Of a DNA stretch of 56,946 nt, positions 26,001 through 33,941 are shown in pieces. This DNA comes from Candidatus Spyradocola merdavium (GTDB lineage Bacteria; Bacillota; Clostridia; Christensenellales; UBA1750). The position numbers and the translations under genes were made by a program. Numbering within the stretch: position 1 is the first letter of the stretch; each line of letters begins with the position of its first letter. The DNA lies in the NCBI GenBank assembly GCA_018711265.1, contig DVIM01000040.1, forward strand, positions 1-56,946, in the 5' to 3' direction. The notes beneath the pieces were generated by a model. The model made no database searches. It saw only the letters and a program-made list of their open reading frames with translations, and had not been told where the DNA came from.

Positions 26001-26476
26001 GGTTCCTGGAGATCGCGGACTTTTCCGCCTTTGCCGCCCTTGCGCCGGACGCGTGGGGGCAGGAGATCGCGCGGCAGGCCCGGCGCGCGGCCGGCATGGC
26101 GCGCATGGCGGCCGAGGAGGCCGAGGCCGTGCAGGCGGGCGCGGAGGAGGTGCAGCGCTTCCTCCGCTCGGAGATCGGGCGGAAGATCCTCGGCGGCGCG
26201 CCGGTCCTGCGCGAGAAGCCCTTTGAGATCCGCCTGGACGAGGGCGGGCAGATGCGCCTGGTCCAGGGCGTGATCGACCTGATGGTCCTGGAGGCGGACG
26301 GCGCGACGCTCGTCGACTACAAGACCGACCACACGGGCCTGGAGCCGGAGAGCGTGCGCCAGCGCCACGGCGCGCAGGTGCGCCTCTACCGGGAGGCCGC
26401 GCAGCGCGCGGGCCTTGTCGTCAAGCGGAGTCTGGTCTATCTCTTCTCCACGGGGAATGCGGTGGAGATCGAGTGA
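23036..26476 (+). CDS. addA: Helicase-exonuclease AddAB, subunit A (UvrD-like helicase plus nuclease)
   Basis: 1146 aa from [45 protein letters not shown] motif II, [11 protein letters not shown], and C-terminal nuclease [16 protein letters not shown]. 8-nt overlap with addB. Confidence 0.9.
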   Translation: [1146 protein letters not shown]

Positions 26477-26543
26477 AGGACGCGGGAAAAACGGCACAAA
26501 AAAAGCGCGCAGCCTTGCGCGCGGGAAAGGGAAAGCAAAGCGC

Positions 26544-27737
26544 ATGAATCTATTGGTGAAGCTGTTCGTCAAAGACAGCAAGAACGTCGAGAACCCGGCC
26601 GTGCGCCAGCGCTACGGAAGGCTGTCCGGCATTGTGGGCATCGCGCTCAACGCGCTGCTCTTTGCCGGGAAGTTCCTCGCGGGGTCGGTCTCGGGATCGG
26701 TGGCCATCACCGCGGATGCGGTCAACAACCTCTCGGACGCGGGGTCCTCCATCATCACGCTCATCGGGTTCAAGCTCGCCGGCAAGCCCGCGGACGCGGA
26801 CCATCCCTTCGGCCATGCGCGCATGGAGTACATCGCCTCGCTCGCCGTGGCCTTCATCGTGCTGCTGCTGGGGGTGGAGCTCCTGCGCGACAGCGTGGGC
26901 AAGATCTTCCAGCCGGAGGAAGTCGCCTTCTCCTGGCTCTCGGTCGGGGTGCTGGCCGCCTCCATCGCGGTGAAGTTCTGGATGTACTGCTACAACACGG
27001 CGCTGGGCAAGCGGATCGACTCCGTCGCCATGCGCGCGACCGCGGCCGACAGCCTCTCGGACGCGCTGGCCACGGCCGCGGTGCTCCTCTCCACGATCGT
27101 AAGCCCCCTGATCCACTTTTCGCTCGACGGCTACATGGGCGTTGTGGTGGCCGGGTTCATCCTCTGGTCCGCGATCGGGATCCTGCGCGACACGATGAAC
27201 AAGCTCCTGGGCGAGGCGCCGACGCAGGAGATGGAGCAGCTCCTCACCCGGCACATCCTGCGGCACGAGGGCGTGCTCGCCCTGCACGACATGGTCGTCC
27301 ACTCCTACGGCCCGGGCCGGACCTTTGCCACGGTCCACGTCGAGGTCGACGCCCGGGAGGACATCCTCAAGTCCCACGACATGATCGACAACATCGAGCG
27401 GGAGGTCCTGCTCGACCACGGCGTGAACCTGGTCATCCACCTGGACCCCATCGTCGTGGACGACCCGGAGGTCAACGCCCTGCGGGAGACGACGCGGGAG
27501 CTCGTGCAGGAGGTAAACCCGGAGCTGACCATCCACGACTTCCGCGTGGTGCGCGGGCGCACGCACTCCAATCTGATCTTTGACGTGCAGGTGCCGCGGG
27601 ACTGCCCGCTGACGGACGAGGAGATCACCCGGCGCATCATCGAAAAGGTCAAGGGCCTGCGCGAAAACTACTTTGCCGTGGTGACGCTGGACCGCACCTA
27701 TGTCGGCAAGCCGAGCCACAAGACGAAGATGAACTAG
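26544..27737 (+). CDS. Cation diffusion facilitator family transporter
   Basis: 397 aa from MNLLVKLF. ADAVNNLSDAGSS..DADHPFGHARMEYI..AADSLSDALAT CDF motifs and a C-terminal cytoplasmic domain. Confidence 0.85.
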   Translation: MNLLVKLFVKDSKNVENPAVRQRYGRLSGIVGIALNALLFAGKFLAGSVSGSVAITADAVNNLSDAGSSIITLIGFKLAGKPADADHPFGHARMEYIASLAVAFIVLLLGVELLRDSVGKIFQPEEVAFSWLSVGVLAASIAVKFWMYCYNTALGKRIDSVAMRATAADSLSDALATAAVLLSTIVSPLIHFSLDGYMGVVVAGFILWSAIGILRDTMNKLLGEAPTQEMEQLLTRHILRHEGVLALHDMVVHSYGPGRTFATVHVEVDAREDILKSHDMIDNIEREVLLDHGVNLVIHLDPIVVDDPEVNALRETTRELVQEVNPELTIHDFRVVRGRTHSNLIFDVQVPRDCPLTDEEITRRIIEKVKGLRENYFAVVTLDRTYVGKPSHKTKMN

Positions 27738-28597
27738 CCCTCGCGCAGGGGCACGGTGCGCACGCCCTCCGGGGCGTCCAGCACGTGCGCAAGGCAGCGC
27801 TCCAGCAGCACGCCCTCGCGCGTGGGGGCCCCGGCCTCGTGGGTGCAGACCATGCAGCGCGAGACGAACGCCGCCGCCTGGCGCACGGCGGCGGGCAGGA
27901 CCTCGCCCCGCAGAAGCGCGCCCGTGAGCACCGAGGTGAAGATGTCCCCCGCGCCGGGATACGTCCCGGGCACGCGCGGGGCGACGACGGCGAAGGCGCT
28001 CTCCTCGTCCCGCGCGATCGTGCACACGGAGTCCGGGTAGTCCCGCAGCAGCGCGGAGGTGATGACCGCGTCGCCGTCCGTCACGCGGTGGAGCGCGTCG
28101 AGCATGTCCACGGCCTCCCGGCGGGAGAGGGGGGCGGGCATGGGCACGTCCAGCAGCAGCGCGGCCTCGGTGAGGTTGGGCGTGATGACCGAGGCGCCGC
28201 GGCAGAGCGAGCGCATTGCGTGGACCATGCGCCCGTCAAAGGCGGCGTAGAGCCGGCCGTCGTCGCCCATGACCGGGTCCACGACGCGCAGGCACTCCCG
28301 CTCGTGCATGAAGCGGGAGACGATCTCCGCCTGTTCGGGCGAGCCGAGGTACCCGCTGTAGACCCCGTCCAGGCGGGCGGGGATGGCGCGGAGCTTGTCC
28401 AGGATGCAGACCATCTCCTGCGTCAGCTCCCGGGCGTAGACCGGGCCGAATCCGCCCGTATCGCTGGAGTAGACGGCCGTGGGGATGGGGCAGACCTTGA
28501 CCCCCATGCAGGAGAGCACGGGGATGACGCAGGTCAGCGAGCAGCGGCCGTAGGAGGCCAGGTCGTGCAGCGCGGCGACGTTTTTGATCCTTTCCAA
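27734..28597 (-). CDS. pdxK: Pyridoxal/pyridoxamine kinase
   Basis: ..IKNVAALHDLASYGRCSLTCVIPVLSCMGVKVCPIPTAVYSSDTGGFG.. matches Firmicute PdxK. I chose the TTG start at 28597 (AAAGGAG upstream). The alternative ATG at 28657 lies inside the upstream terminator hairpin. Confidence 0.7.
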   Translation of the reverse strand: MERIKNVAALHDLASYGRCSLTCVIPVLSCMGVKVCPIPTAVYSSDTGGFGPVYARELTQEMVCILDKLRAIPARLDGVYSGYLGSPEQAEIVSRFMHERECLRVVDPVMGDDGRLYAAFDGRMVHAMRSLCRGASVITPNLTEAALLLDVPMPAPLSRREAVDMLDALHRVTDGDAVITSALLRDYPDSVCTIARDEESAFAVVAPRVPGTYPGAGDIFTSVLTGALLRGEVLPAAVRQAAAFVSRCMVCTHEAGAPTREGVLLERCLAHVLDAPEGVRTVPLREG

Positions 28598-28631
28598 GGG
28601 GGGATCGGCTCCTTTTCTCGTATACTTTGTC

Positions 28632-28665
28632 GCAAAGAGAAGGGGACGATGCTCCATCGTCCCCC
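28632..28665 (-). terminator. Rho-independent terminator
   Basis: - strand: GGGGACGATG gag CATCGTCCCC TTCTCTTTG, after the stop at 28685. Confidence 0.6.
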
Positions 28666-28684
28666 GAAAAGATGTGCAAATGAT

Positions 28685-29122
28685 TTAGATCTCGTGGTTC
28701 AGGGCCTTGTTCATGCAATCCTGCGCGAACTTGCGCGCCGCCGCAAAGTCCTCCTCGTCGGGGTTCTTGCCGCCGAACAGGCCGACCTTGCCGTGGCAGA
28801 CCAGCACCTCGGGCAGGACCTTGATGCCGCGGCCCTCCAGGACCTTGCGCAGCTCCTTCAGGCACTCGTCGTTCTTCTTGGGGCTGCAGCAGAACAGCGC
28901 GGCGGCCTCCATGCGCTTGGTGTCCAGGGTGTTGGCAAACTCGATGGCGACCTTGTGCGGCTTGCCGTTATGGTCCTCGGTGCCGATAAAGGCGATGGCC
29001 AGGCCCTCGGGCATGTAGGCGGGCTGAAGCTGCTCGGCCGGGAGCTTGAACTCCTGCGCGATGACGGTGGCGACTTCCTGGATGCTGGGCTTGTCTCCCG
29101 CGTAATAGATCTTGGTTCTCAT
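28685..29122 (-). CDS. Flavodoxin-like fold protein
   Basis: 145-aa ORF, MRTKIYYAG..IAFIGTEDHNGKP..LFCCSPKKND... This is an alpha/beta flavodoxin-like pattern and the assignment is tentative. Confidence 0.45.
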   Translation of the reverse strand: MRTKIYYAGDKPSIQEVATVIAQEFKLPAEQLQPAYMPEGLAIAFIGTEDHNGKPHKVAIEFANTLDTKRMEAAALFCCSPKKNDECLKELRKVLEGRGIKVLPEVLVCHGKVGLFGGKNPDEEDFAAARKFAQDCMNKALNHEI

Positions 29123-29269
29123 AGAGAATGACCCCCTTTAGAAAGAATGAATGATGGAAGTATGATTGAACCAGCTTATTGGGTAAGCTGCTGAATCAAC
29201 GAGAAAAAAATCGACGCCTGCGCCGCCTTGCGCGCAGGAACTCTCAAGAAACACAGAGGAGAGAGCAGA

Positions 29270-29956
29270 ATGACGAACGCTGAATTTACAACCGCATACC
29301 TGGACGCCATGGGCTGGAAGGATTCCGTCGTCGCGGATGAAAACCTCTCCGTGGAATACCCGGCCTGCGTCTACACCTTTTCCGATAGGCGCGTGACCGC
29401 GCTCGTTCCGGAGGCCATGTGCCTTCGGGAGGAGATCCCGGAGGGGGCGGCCCTGACGGAGGTGCTGGGCGTCCTTGTGGACCTGGAGGCCGTGCGCGTG
29501 CAGCGGGAGAAGGTCATCGGCCTGTTTGCGCAGTTTCCGCAGATCGGCGAGACGCTTCCGCCCGTGAGCGACGGGGACGCGCTGGAGCGGCTGCTCGGCG
29601 CCATGGAGGAGCCGGACCGCATGCGCGGCGAGGTCACCCTGCAGGACGATGTGACGTGCTGCATTTCCGGGGAAGACGGCGAGCTCCTTGCGGCGGCGGG
29701 CGCGGTCTGCAGCGGGAAGATCGCGGATATTTCCGTGGCGGTGCATCCGGCCGTGCGCGCAAAGGGGCTTGGAACCCGCGTCGCCGCAGCGCTCATCCGC
29801 AAGGTGCAGGAGCAGGGCTACATTGCGCTCTACCGCGTGGAGAAGGTAAACCTGCCCTCCGTGCGCCTGGCGCGCCGCCTCGGGCTCCGGCCCGGATTTG
29901 TCATGGAAGGCGCCCGGATTCTGTTTCCCGAGGAATGCGCCCCGGCAACGTTTTGA
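29270..29956 (+). CDS. GNAT-like acetyltransferase (C-terminal domain) with unknown N-terminal domain
   Basis: 228 aa from MTNAEFTTAYL (GAGGAGAG RBS). C-terminal ISVAVHPAVRAKGLGTRVAAALIRKVQEQGYIALYRV..NLPSVRLARRLGLRP. Confidence 0.6.
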   Translation: MTNAEFTTAYLDAMGWKDSVVADENLSVEYPACVYTFSDRRVTALVPEAMCLREEIPEGAALTEVLGVLVDLEAVRVQREKVIGLFAQFPQIGETLPPVSDGDALERLLGAMEEPDRMRGEVTLQDDVTCCISGEDGELLAAAGAVCSGKIADISVAVHPAVRAKGLGTRVAAALIRKVQEQGYIALYRVEKVNLPSVRLARRLGLRPGFVMEGARILFPEECAPATF

Positions 29957-30057
29957 TCCTACCTATTAGTGTAGTCTTTGCGCCCGCAAAAATCAAGGGC
30001 CCGAATGCGCTTTTGTGCATTGTTCACACTCTATTCATGACCGAAGGGAATCCTGCG

Positions 30058-30086
30058 TTGACAAAAGCGGCCCATGGACGTACACT
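30058..30086 (+). promoter_or_regulatory. Candidate promoter
   Basis: TTGACA, 17-nt spacer, TACACT, upstream of the VOC gene. Confidence 0.5.
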
Positions 30087-30135
30087 GAGAGCGCAGACAT
30101 TTTCCGGCAAAAAAACGAATCAGGGAGGCTCTGCT

Positions 30136-30594
30136 ATGGAGAACCAAGTCAATCTGGGAGGGTTCATTCAGATCGCGCTGGTCGTTCACGACATCGAGAA
30201 GGCCTGCAGGAAGTGGGCGGAGATCTTCGGCGTGCCCGTCCCGCCCATCCGCGTGGACAAGCCCAGCCACAACCCCAACCTGACCTACCGCGGCAAGGAG
30301 GCGTATTACGGCCTCAAGTTCGCCGTGATCGACTGCCGGGAGCGCGGATTCGTCATCGAGCTGCACGAGCCGGACGAAAACCCCTCCACCTTCCGGGAGT
30401 TCCTGGACAAGCACGGCAACGGCGTGCACCACATCGGCTTTGAGGTCGGGGACCGGCGCGACGCCATCGTGGGCGAGCTTGCGGACATGGGCTACGACCT
30501 GCGCACGGTCGGCATCTACCCGGGCAGCAGCTGGACCATCGTCGACACGGAGGAGGACCTCGGCGTCAACCTCAACATCAAGCCCAAGGCGTGA
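30136..30594 (+). CDS. VOC (glyoxalase/bleomycin resistance/dioxygenase) family protein
   Basis: 152 aa from MENQVNLGGFIQIALVVHDIEKA..; ..GNGVHHIGFEVGD.. is the typical VOC metal site. CAGGGAGG RBS. Confidence 0.75.
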   Translation: MENQVNLGGFIQIALVVHDIEKACRKWAEIFGVPVPPIRVDKPSHNPNLTYRGKEAYYGLKFAVIDCRERGFVIELHEPDENPSTFREFLDKHGNGVHHIGFEVGDRRDAIVGELADMGYDLRTVGIYPGSSWTIVDTEEDLGVNLNIKPKA

Positions 30595-30612
30595 GAAAGG
30601 ATCGGATATTCC

Positions 30613-31488
30613 ATGAGCGAAAAAAAGATGATTTCCGTTTTGCAGACCTATGACGTCACCACCGGCGAGCGGAAGGTGCTGCGCCGCTTCGACGAGCACA
30701 TCGAGGCGCCCAACTGGGGCATGGACGGCACCTTCCTCGTCTACAATTCCCAGGGGCACATCTTCCGCTACGACCTGCAGAGCGGGGAGAGCGCGCAGAT
30801 CGACACCGGGATCTGCACCCGCTGCAACAACGACCACGTCCTCTCCTTTGACGGCAAGTGGATCGGCATCTCCTCCGGCGTGGACGGGGACGGCGCCTCC
30901 CGCGTGTGGACCGTGCCGCTGACCGGCGGCCAGCCTAAGCAGATCACGCCGCTCAAGCCCTCCTACCTGCACGGCATCTCCCCGGACGGCAAGACCCTCG
31001 CCTACTGCGCGGAGCGGAACGGCAACTTCGACGTCTACACGCGCAGCGCCGACGGCACGGGCGAGGAGACGCGCCTCACCACCGCCGAGGGCCTGGACGA
31101 CGGCCCGGAGTTCTCGCCCTGCGGGACGTATATCTGGTTCAACTCCGTGCGCAGCGGGCTGATGCAGGCCTTCCGCATGAAGGCGGACGGCTCCGAGCAG
31201 ACCCAGATGACGGACGACGACCGCAACAACTGGTTCCCGCACGTCTCCCCCGACGGAAAGCAGGTCGTCTTCGTATCCTATTATAAGGACGACGTCGCCC
31301 CGGGCGACCACCCGGCCAACAAGAACATCTGCATCCGCAGGATGTCCGCCGAGGGCGGCCCGATCGAGACGCTCATCGCGACCGATCCGGAAAAGGGCGA
31401 AAAGGGCGGCCAGGGCACCATGAACGTCAACTCCTGGTCTCCAGACAGCCGGAAGTTCGCCTTCGTCACCTACGTATTCGAGGATTGA
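30613..31488 (+). CDS. TolB-like / PD40 beta-propeller repeat protein (no signal peptide)
   Basis: 291-aa ORF with repeated ..SPDGK..A/VF.. blades (ISPDGKTLAYCAERNGNFDVY, FSPCGTYIWFNS, VSPDGKQVVFVSY, WSPDSRKFAFV). Confidence 0.75.
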   Translation: MSEKKMISVLQTYDVTTGERKVLRRFDEHIEAPNWGMDGTFLVYNSQGHIFRYDLQSGESAQIDTGICTRCNNDHVLSFDGKWIGISSGVDGDGASRVWTVPLTGGQPKQITPLKPSYLHGISPDGKTLAYCAERNGNFDVYTRSADGTGEETRLTTAEGLDDGPEFSPCGTYIWFNSVRSGLMQAFRMKADGSEQTQMTDDDRNNWFPHVSPDGKQVVFVSYYKDDVAPGDHPANKNICIRRMSAEGGPIETLIATDPEKGEKGGQGTMNVNSWSPDSRKFAFVTYVFED

Positions 31489-31496
31489 CGCGCACA

Positions 31497-31532
31497 CTCC
31501 GAAGGGATTTCTTCTTCGGAGTTTTACTTTTT
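31497..31532 (+). terminator. Rho-independent terminator
   Basis: CTCCGAAG / CTTCGGAG stem followed by TTTTACTTTTT, 9 nt after the stop at 31488. Confidence 0.75.
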
Positions 31533-31568
31533 GGTAAAACGACCGTTAAAATTTTTTCTTTTTGGCCA

Positions 31569-31597
31569 TTGACAGATGCTTTGGAAGATGATACGAT
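31569..31597 (+). promoter_or_regulatory. Strong candidate sigma-A promoter (orphan)
   Basis: TTGACA (31569-74), 17-nt spacer, TGaTACGAT (extended -10, 31589-97). Confidence 0.55.
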
Positions 31598-31603
31598 AAA
31601 CTC

Positions 31604-31694
31604 GTAAAGAATTTGTTACCGATTCATGAATGGCCGCGGCTTCCGAACAGGCTCTTTTCCCCGCGAAAAGAGCCGGGGAGGCCGTTTTCTTTTT
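31604..31694 (+). ncRNA. Candidate ~90-nt small RNA or orphan cis-leader (promoter-to-terminator unit)
   Basis: Predicted TSS ~31604. Perfect 9-bp hairpin GGCTCTTTT ccccgcg AAAAGAGCC (31650-31674) sits within an extended GC stem and is followed by GTTTTCTTTTT (31684-31694). No RBS-preceded ORF inside. Confidence 0.3.
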
Positions 31695-31792
31695 GGGATG
31701 AAAAAAATGGAAGCGAAAAGGGGAAGAAGAAGGAATTGCTGCGCAAGTGCGTTTACAAACGCATCATACTCGATCAAAAAAACAAAAAGATG

Positions 31793-31821
31793 TTGAAATG
31801 AGAAATAAAGAATGATATACT
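31793..31821 (+). promoter_or_regulatory. Candidate promoter of the paralogous membrane protein pair
   Basis: TTGAAA, 17-nt spacer, TGaTATACT (extended -10), about 90 nt upstream of the ATG at 31913. Confidence 0.5.
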
Positions 31822-31912
31822 GGATATACGCAATAGATTCGAAAGGGTGTGCATCGCCAATGGGGAACGCAGACGCCGACTGAAGAAGCCTGCTTGGAGA
31901 GGAGGAGGAAAA

Positions 31913-32758
31913 ATGCTGCAAAATCGCAGACTCTCTTTGGCGGTCGGCGGCGTGCTGCTGACGGTCCTGTGGCTCCTGGGCCTGGGCTGTACGCAGGTCT
32001 CGCTCCTGCGCGAGGACAGCATGGGAATCCCGGAGTTCTACAACGTGACCTGGATTCCCTGGCTGGTGCTGGTGCTGGCGGCGATGGGGTGCCTGGCGCT
32101 GCTGGGCGTGCTCAAGCCCCTGCCCAAGGAAAGCCCCTGGGACTACGCGCCCGCGCTGGCGCTGGGCCTGATCCTGTGCATCGGCACGAGCTCGCCGCTG
32201 CTGTGGGCGGCGTTCGACCCGGGGTGGTGGAACGTGCCGCACACCTGGACATTCCTTTACGCGCTCTATGCGGCGGCGTTTGCGTATCTGCTGCTGCGGG
32301 GGGAGACGCGCGGCCTGCGCTTTGACGGGAAGCGGGCGCTGCTGCTGGTTGGGCTGCTGGCGCTGGCCTACGCGCCGCGGCTGCTGTCCGAAGCGGCTGA
32401 TTGGATCGGCGGGAATCTGATTTCCGCGAACAACACATCGCCCTATCGCGTGGCGGGGTGGATCGCCTCGGCGCTGTTCCTGCTGGGCGGGGCGATGGCA
32501 CTGCTCGTCGCGCGGCGGGGCCGGCGGGGGGCGGGCGCGTTCCTGGTGATCCTGGCGGCGGCCTGCCTGGCGCTGTACCTGCTGGTGGCGTACAACGTCC
32601 TGCCCTACGGCTGGCCGGAACACGAATGGCCGCTGGCCCTGCGCGTCCTGAAGACGCGCTTCTACGACGGGCTGCTGACGACCAACAGCATGTCCGCCTA
32701 CGGTTTTGTACTCTTTGCGGGCCTCAAGTGCCTGCTGCCGGAAAAGGAGGGAAAATAG
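31913..32758 (+). CDS. Polytopic membrane protein, unknown family (paralog A)
   Basis: 281 aa from MLQNRRLSLAVGG (GGAGAGGAGGAGG RBS). Multiple hydrophobic spans. Clear paralog of the next gene. Confidence 0.7.
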   Translation: MLQNRRLSLAVGGVLLTVLWLLGLGCTQVSLLREDSMGIPEFYNVTWIPWLVLVLAAMGCLALLGVLKPLPKESPWDYAPALALGLILCIGTSSPLLWAAFDPGWWNVPHTWTFLYALYAAAFAYLLLRGETRGLRFDGKRALLLVGLLALAYAPRLLSEAADWIGGNLISANNTSPYRVAGWIASALFLLGGAMALLVARRGRRGAGAFLVILAAACLALYLLVAYNVLPYGWPEHEWPLALRVLKTRFYDGLLTTNSMSAYGFVLFAGLKCLLPEKEGK

Positions 32759-33598
32759 ATGAAGGGAACGGTTTGGAGGAGAGGCGCCGGCGGGGCGGCA
32801 TTGGCGCTGCTGCTGGTGTTCGGCCTGGGCTGCATGAACGTGACGCTCATCCGTACAGTGGAAGACCTTTGGTTCACCGAGTTCTACCATGTGACGTGGA
32901 TTCCCTGGCTGGTCATGGGCCTGGCGGTGATCGGGTGCCTGGCGCTGCTGGGCGCGCTGCGGCCGCTGAAGGTGCAGAGCCCGTGGAACTACGCGCCGGC
33001 GCTGGGCCTGGGCCTGATCCTGTGCATCGGCACGAGCTCGCCCCTTGTGTGGATCGAGTTCGACTCTTCCCGCTGGAACGCGCCCTATGCGCTGGTGTTC
33101 CTCTACGCGCTGTTTGCGGTGGAGTTTGTGCGGCTGCTGCTGCGCGCAGAGGCGCGGGGGACGCCGTTTGCCTGGAAGGAGGCGGCGAAGCTGGTCGGGC
33201 TGTTGGCGCTGGCGTATGCGCCGGCGCTGCTGTCCCAAGGCGTCTACTGGCTCGTGGACAACGTGATCCCGCAGCACTCCACGCTGCCCATCCGTGTGGC
33301 GGGATGGATCACCTCGGCGCTGTTCCTGCTGGGTGGGGCGATGGCGCTGCTCGTCGCGCGGCGGGGCCGGCGGGGCGCGGGCGCATTTCTGGTGATCCTG
33401 ACGGTGGTCTGCCTGGCCCTGTACCTGCTGGTGGCGTACAACGTCCTGCCCTACGGCTGGCCGGAAAGCGAATGGCCGCTGGCCCTGCGCGTCCTGAAGA
33501 CGCGCTTCTACGACGGGTTGCTGCTGACCAACAGCATGTCCGCCTACGGCTTTGTGCTCTTCGCGGGCATCAAGTGCCTGCTGCCGGAAAAGCGGTAG
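32759..33598 (+). CDS. Polytopic membrane protein, unknown family (paralog B)
   Basis: 279-aa ORF whose ATG abuts the TAG of paralog A. The C-terminal ~100 aa are nearly identical to paralog A. Confidence 0.7.
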   Translation: MKGTVWRRGAGGAALALLLVFGLGCMNVTLIRTVEDLWFTEFYHVTWIPWLVMGLAVIGCLALLGALRPLKVQSPWNYAPALGLGLILCIGTSSPLVWIEFDSSRWNAPYALVFLYALFAVEFVRLLLRAEARGTPFAWKEAAKLVGLLALAYAPALLSQGVYWLVDNVIPQHSTLPIRVAGWITSALFLLGGAMALLVARRGRRGAGAFLVILTVVCLALYLLVAYNVLPYGWPESEWPLALRVLKTRFYDGLLLTNSMSAYGFVLFAGIKCLLPEKR

Positions 33599-33615
33599 CG
33601 GGCTTGGGAAAAGAA

Positions 33616-33654
33616 CCCGTCCCCGGTTCATCCGCCGGGGGCGGGCGTTTTTTT
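33616..33654 (+). terminator. Rho-independent terminator
   Basis: CCCGTCCCCGG / CCGGGGGCGGG imperfect stem followed by a T7 run. Confidence 0.7.
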
Positions 33655-33770
33655 GGTGGTCGAATCCCGCGTGCGGCACACACGGCGGCGTGTAAAGGTC
33701 CGCAAAAGGAGAAGCTGGGAAACTCCGCAAAATTTTCTTTGTGAAAGTTGTGTAAAACGCAAATTTCCTC

Positions 33771-33800
33771 TTGCGCGGAGCGGGGGTGCGGGTGTATACT
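33771..33800 (+). promoter_or_regulatory. Candidate distal promoter (P1) of S10 operon
   Basis: TTGCGC, 18-nt spacer, TATACT, preceded by AAATTTCCTC. Would give a ~190-nt structured leader. Confidence 0.4.
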
Positions 33801-33941
33801 ACAGAAGTTGCCGCATGGGATGAAGCGGGAAGTTGCTGGCTTGGCCGCCAGGTAATTCTCGTGGACCGGTCCGCAAGACGGACGCCGAACTCATTCCTTC
33901 CCTTCGGAAGATTGGGGGACGCTGCGCCGAAAAGAATTTTC

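Noticed and set aside
19648-26476. AddAB considered as part of a defence or mobile island.
   Set aside because: It is the standard Firmicute double-strand-break repair helicase-nuclease. The gene order (addB then addA with an 8-nt overlap) and motifs are canonical, and there are no flanking integrase, repeat or defence genes.
28657-28657. ATG at 28657 as the pdxK start (the longest ORF).
   Set aside because: This ATG sits inside the stem of the upstream terminator hairpin and adds 20 residues not seen in PdxK N-termini as I recall them. The TTG at 28597, which has an upstream AAAGGAG, gives the usual M-x-x-I-K-x-V-A-A-x-H-D-L start. Uncertainty remains.
31613-31801. Small ORFs in the AT-rich gap: the 62-aa track ORF, and a K/R-rich 31-aa ORF starting at the ATG at 31698.
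   Set aside because: There is no Shine-Dalgarno sequence in front of either. The 62-aa ORF runs through the predicted promoter-terminator unit. The composition looks like translated A-rich spacer.
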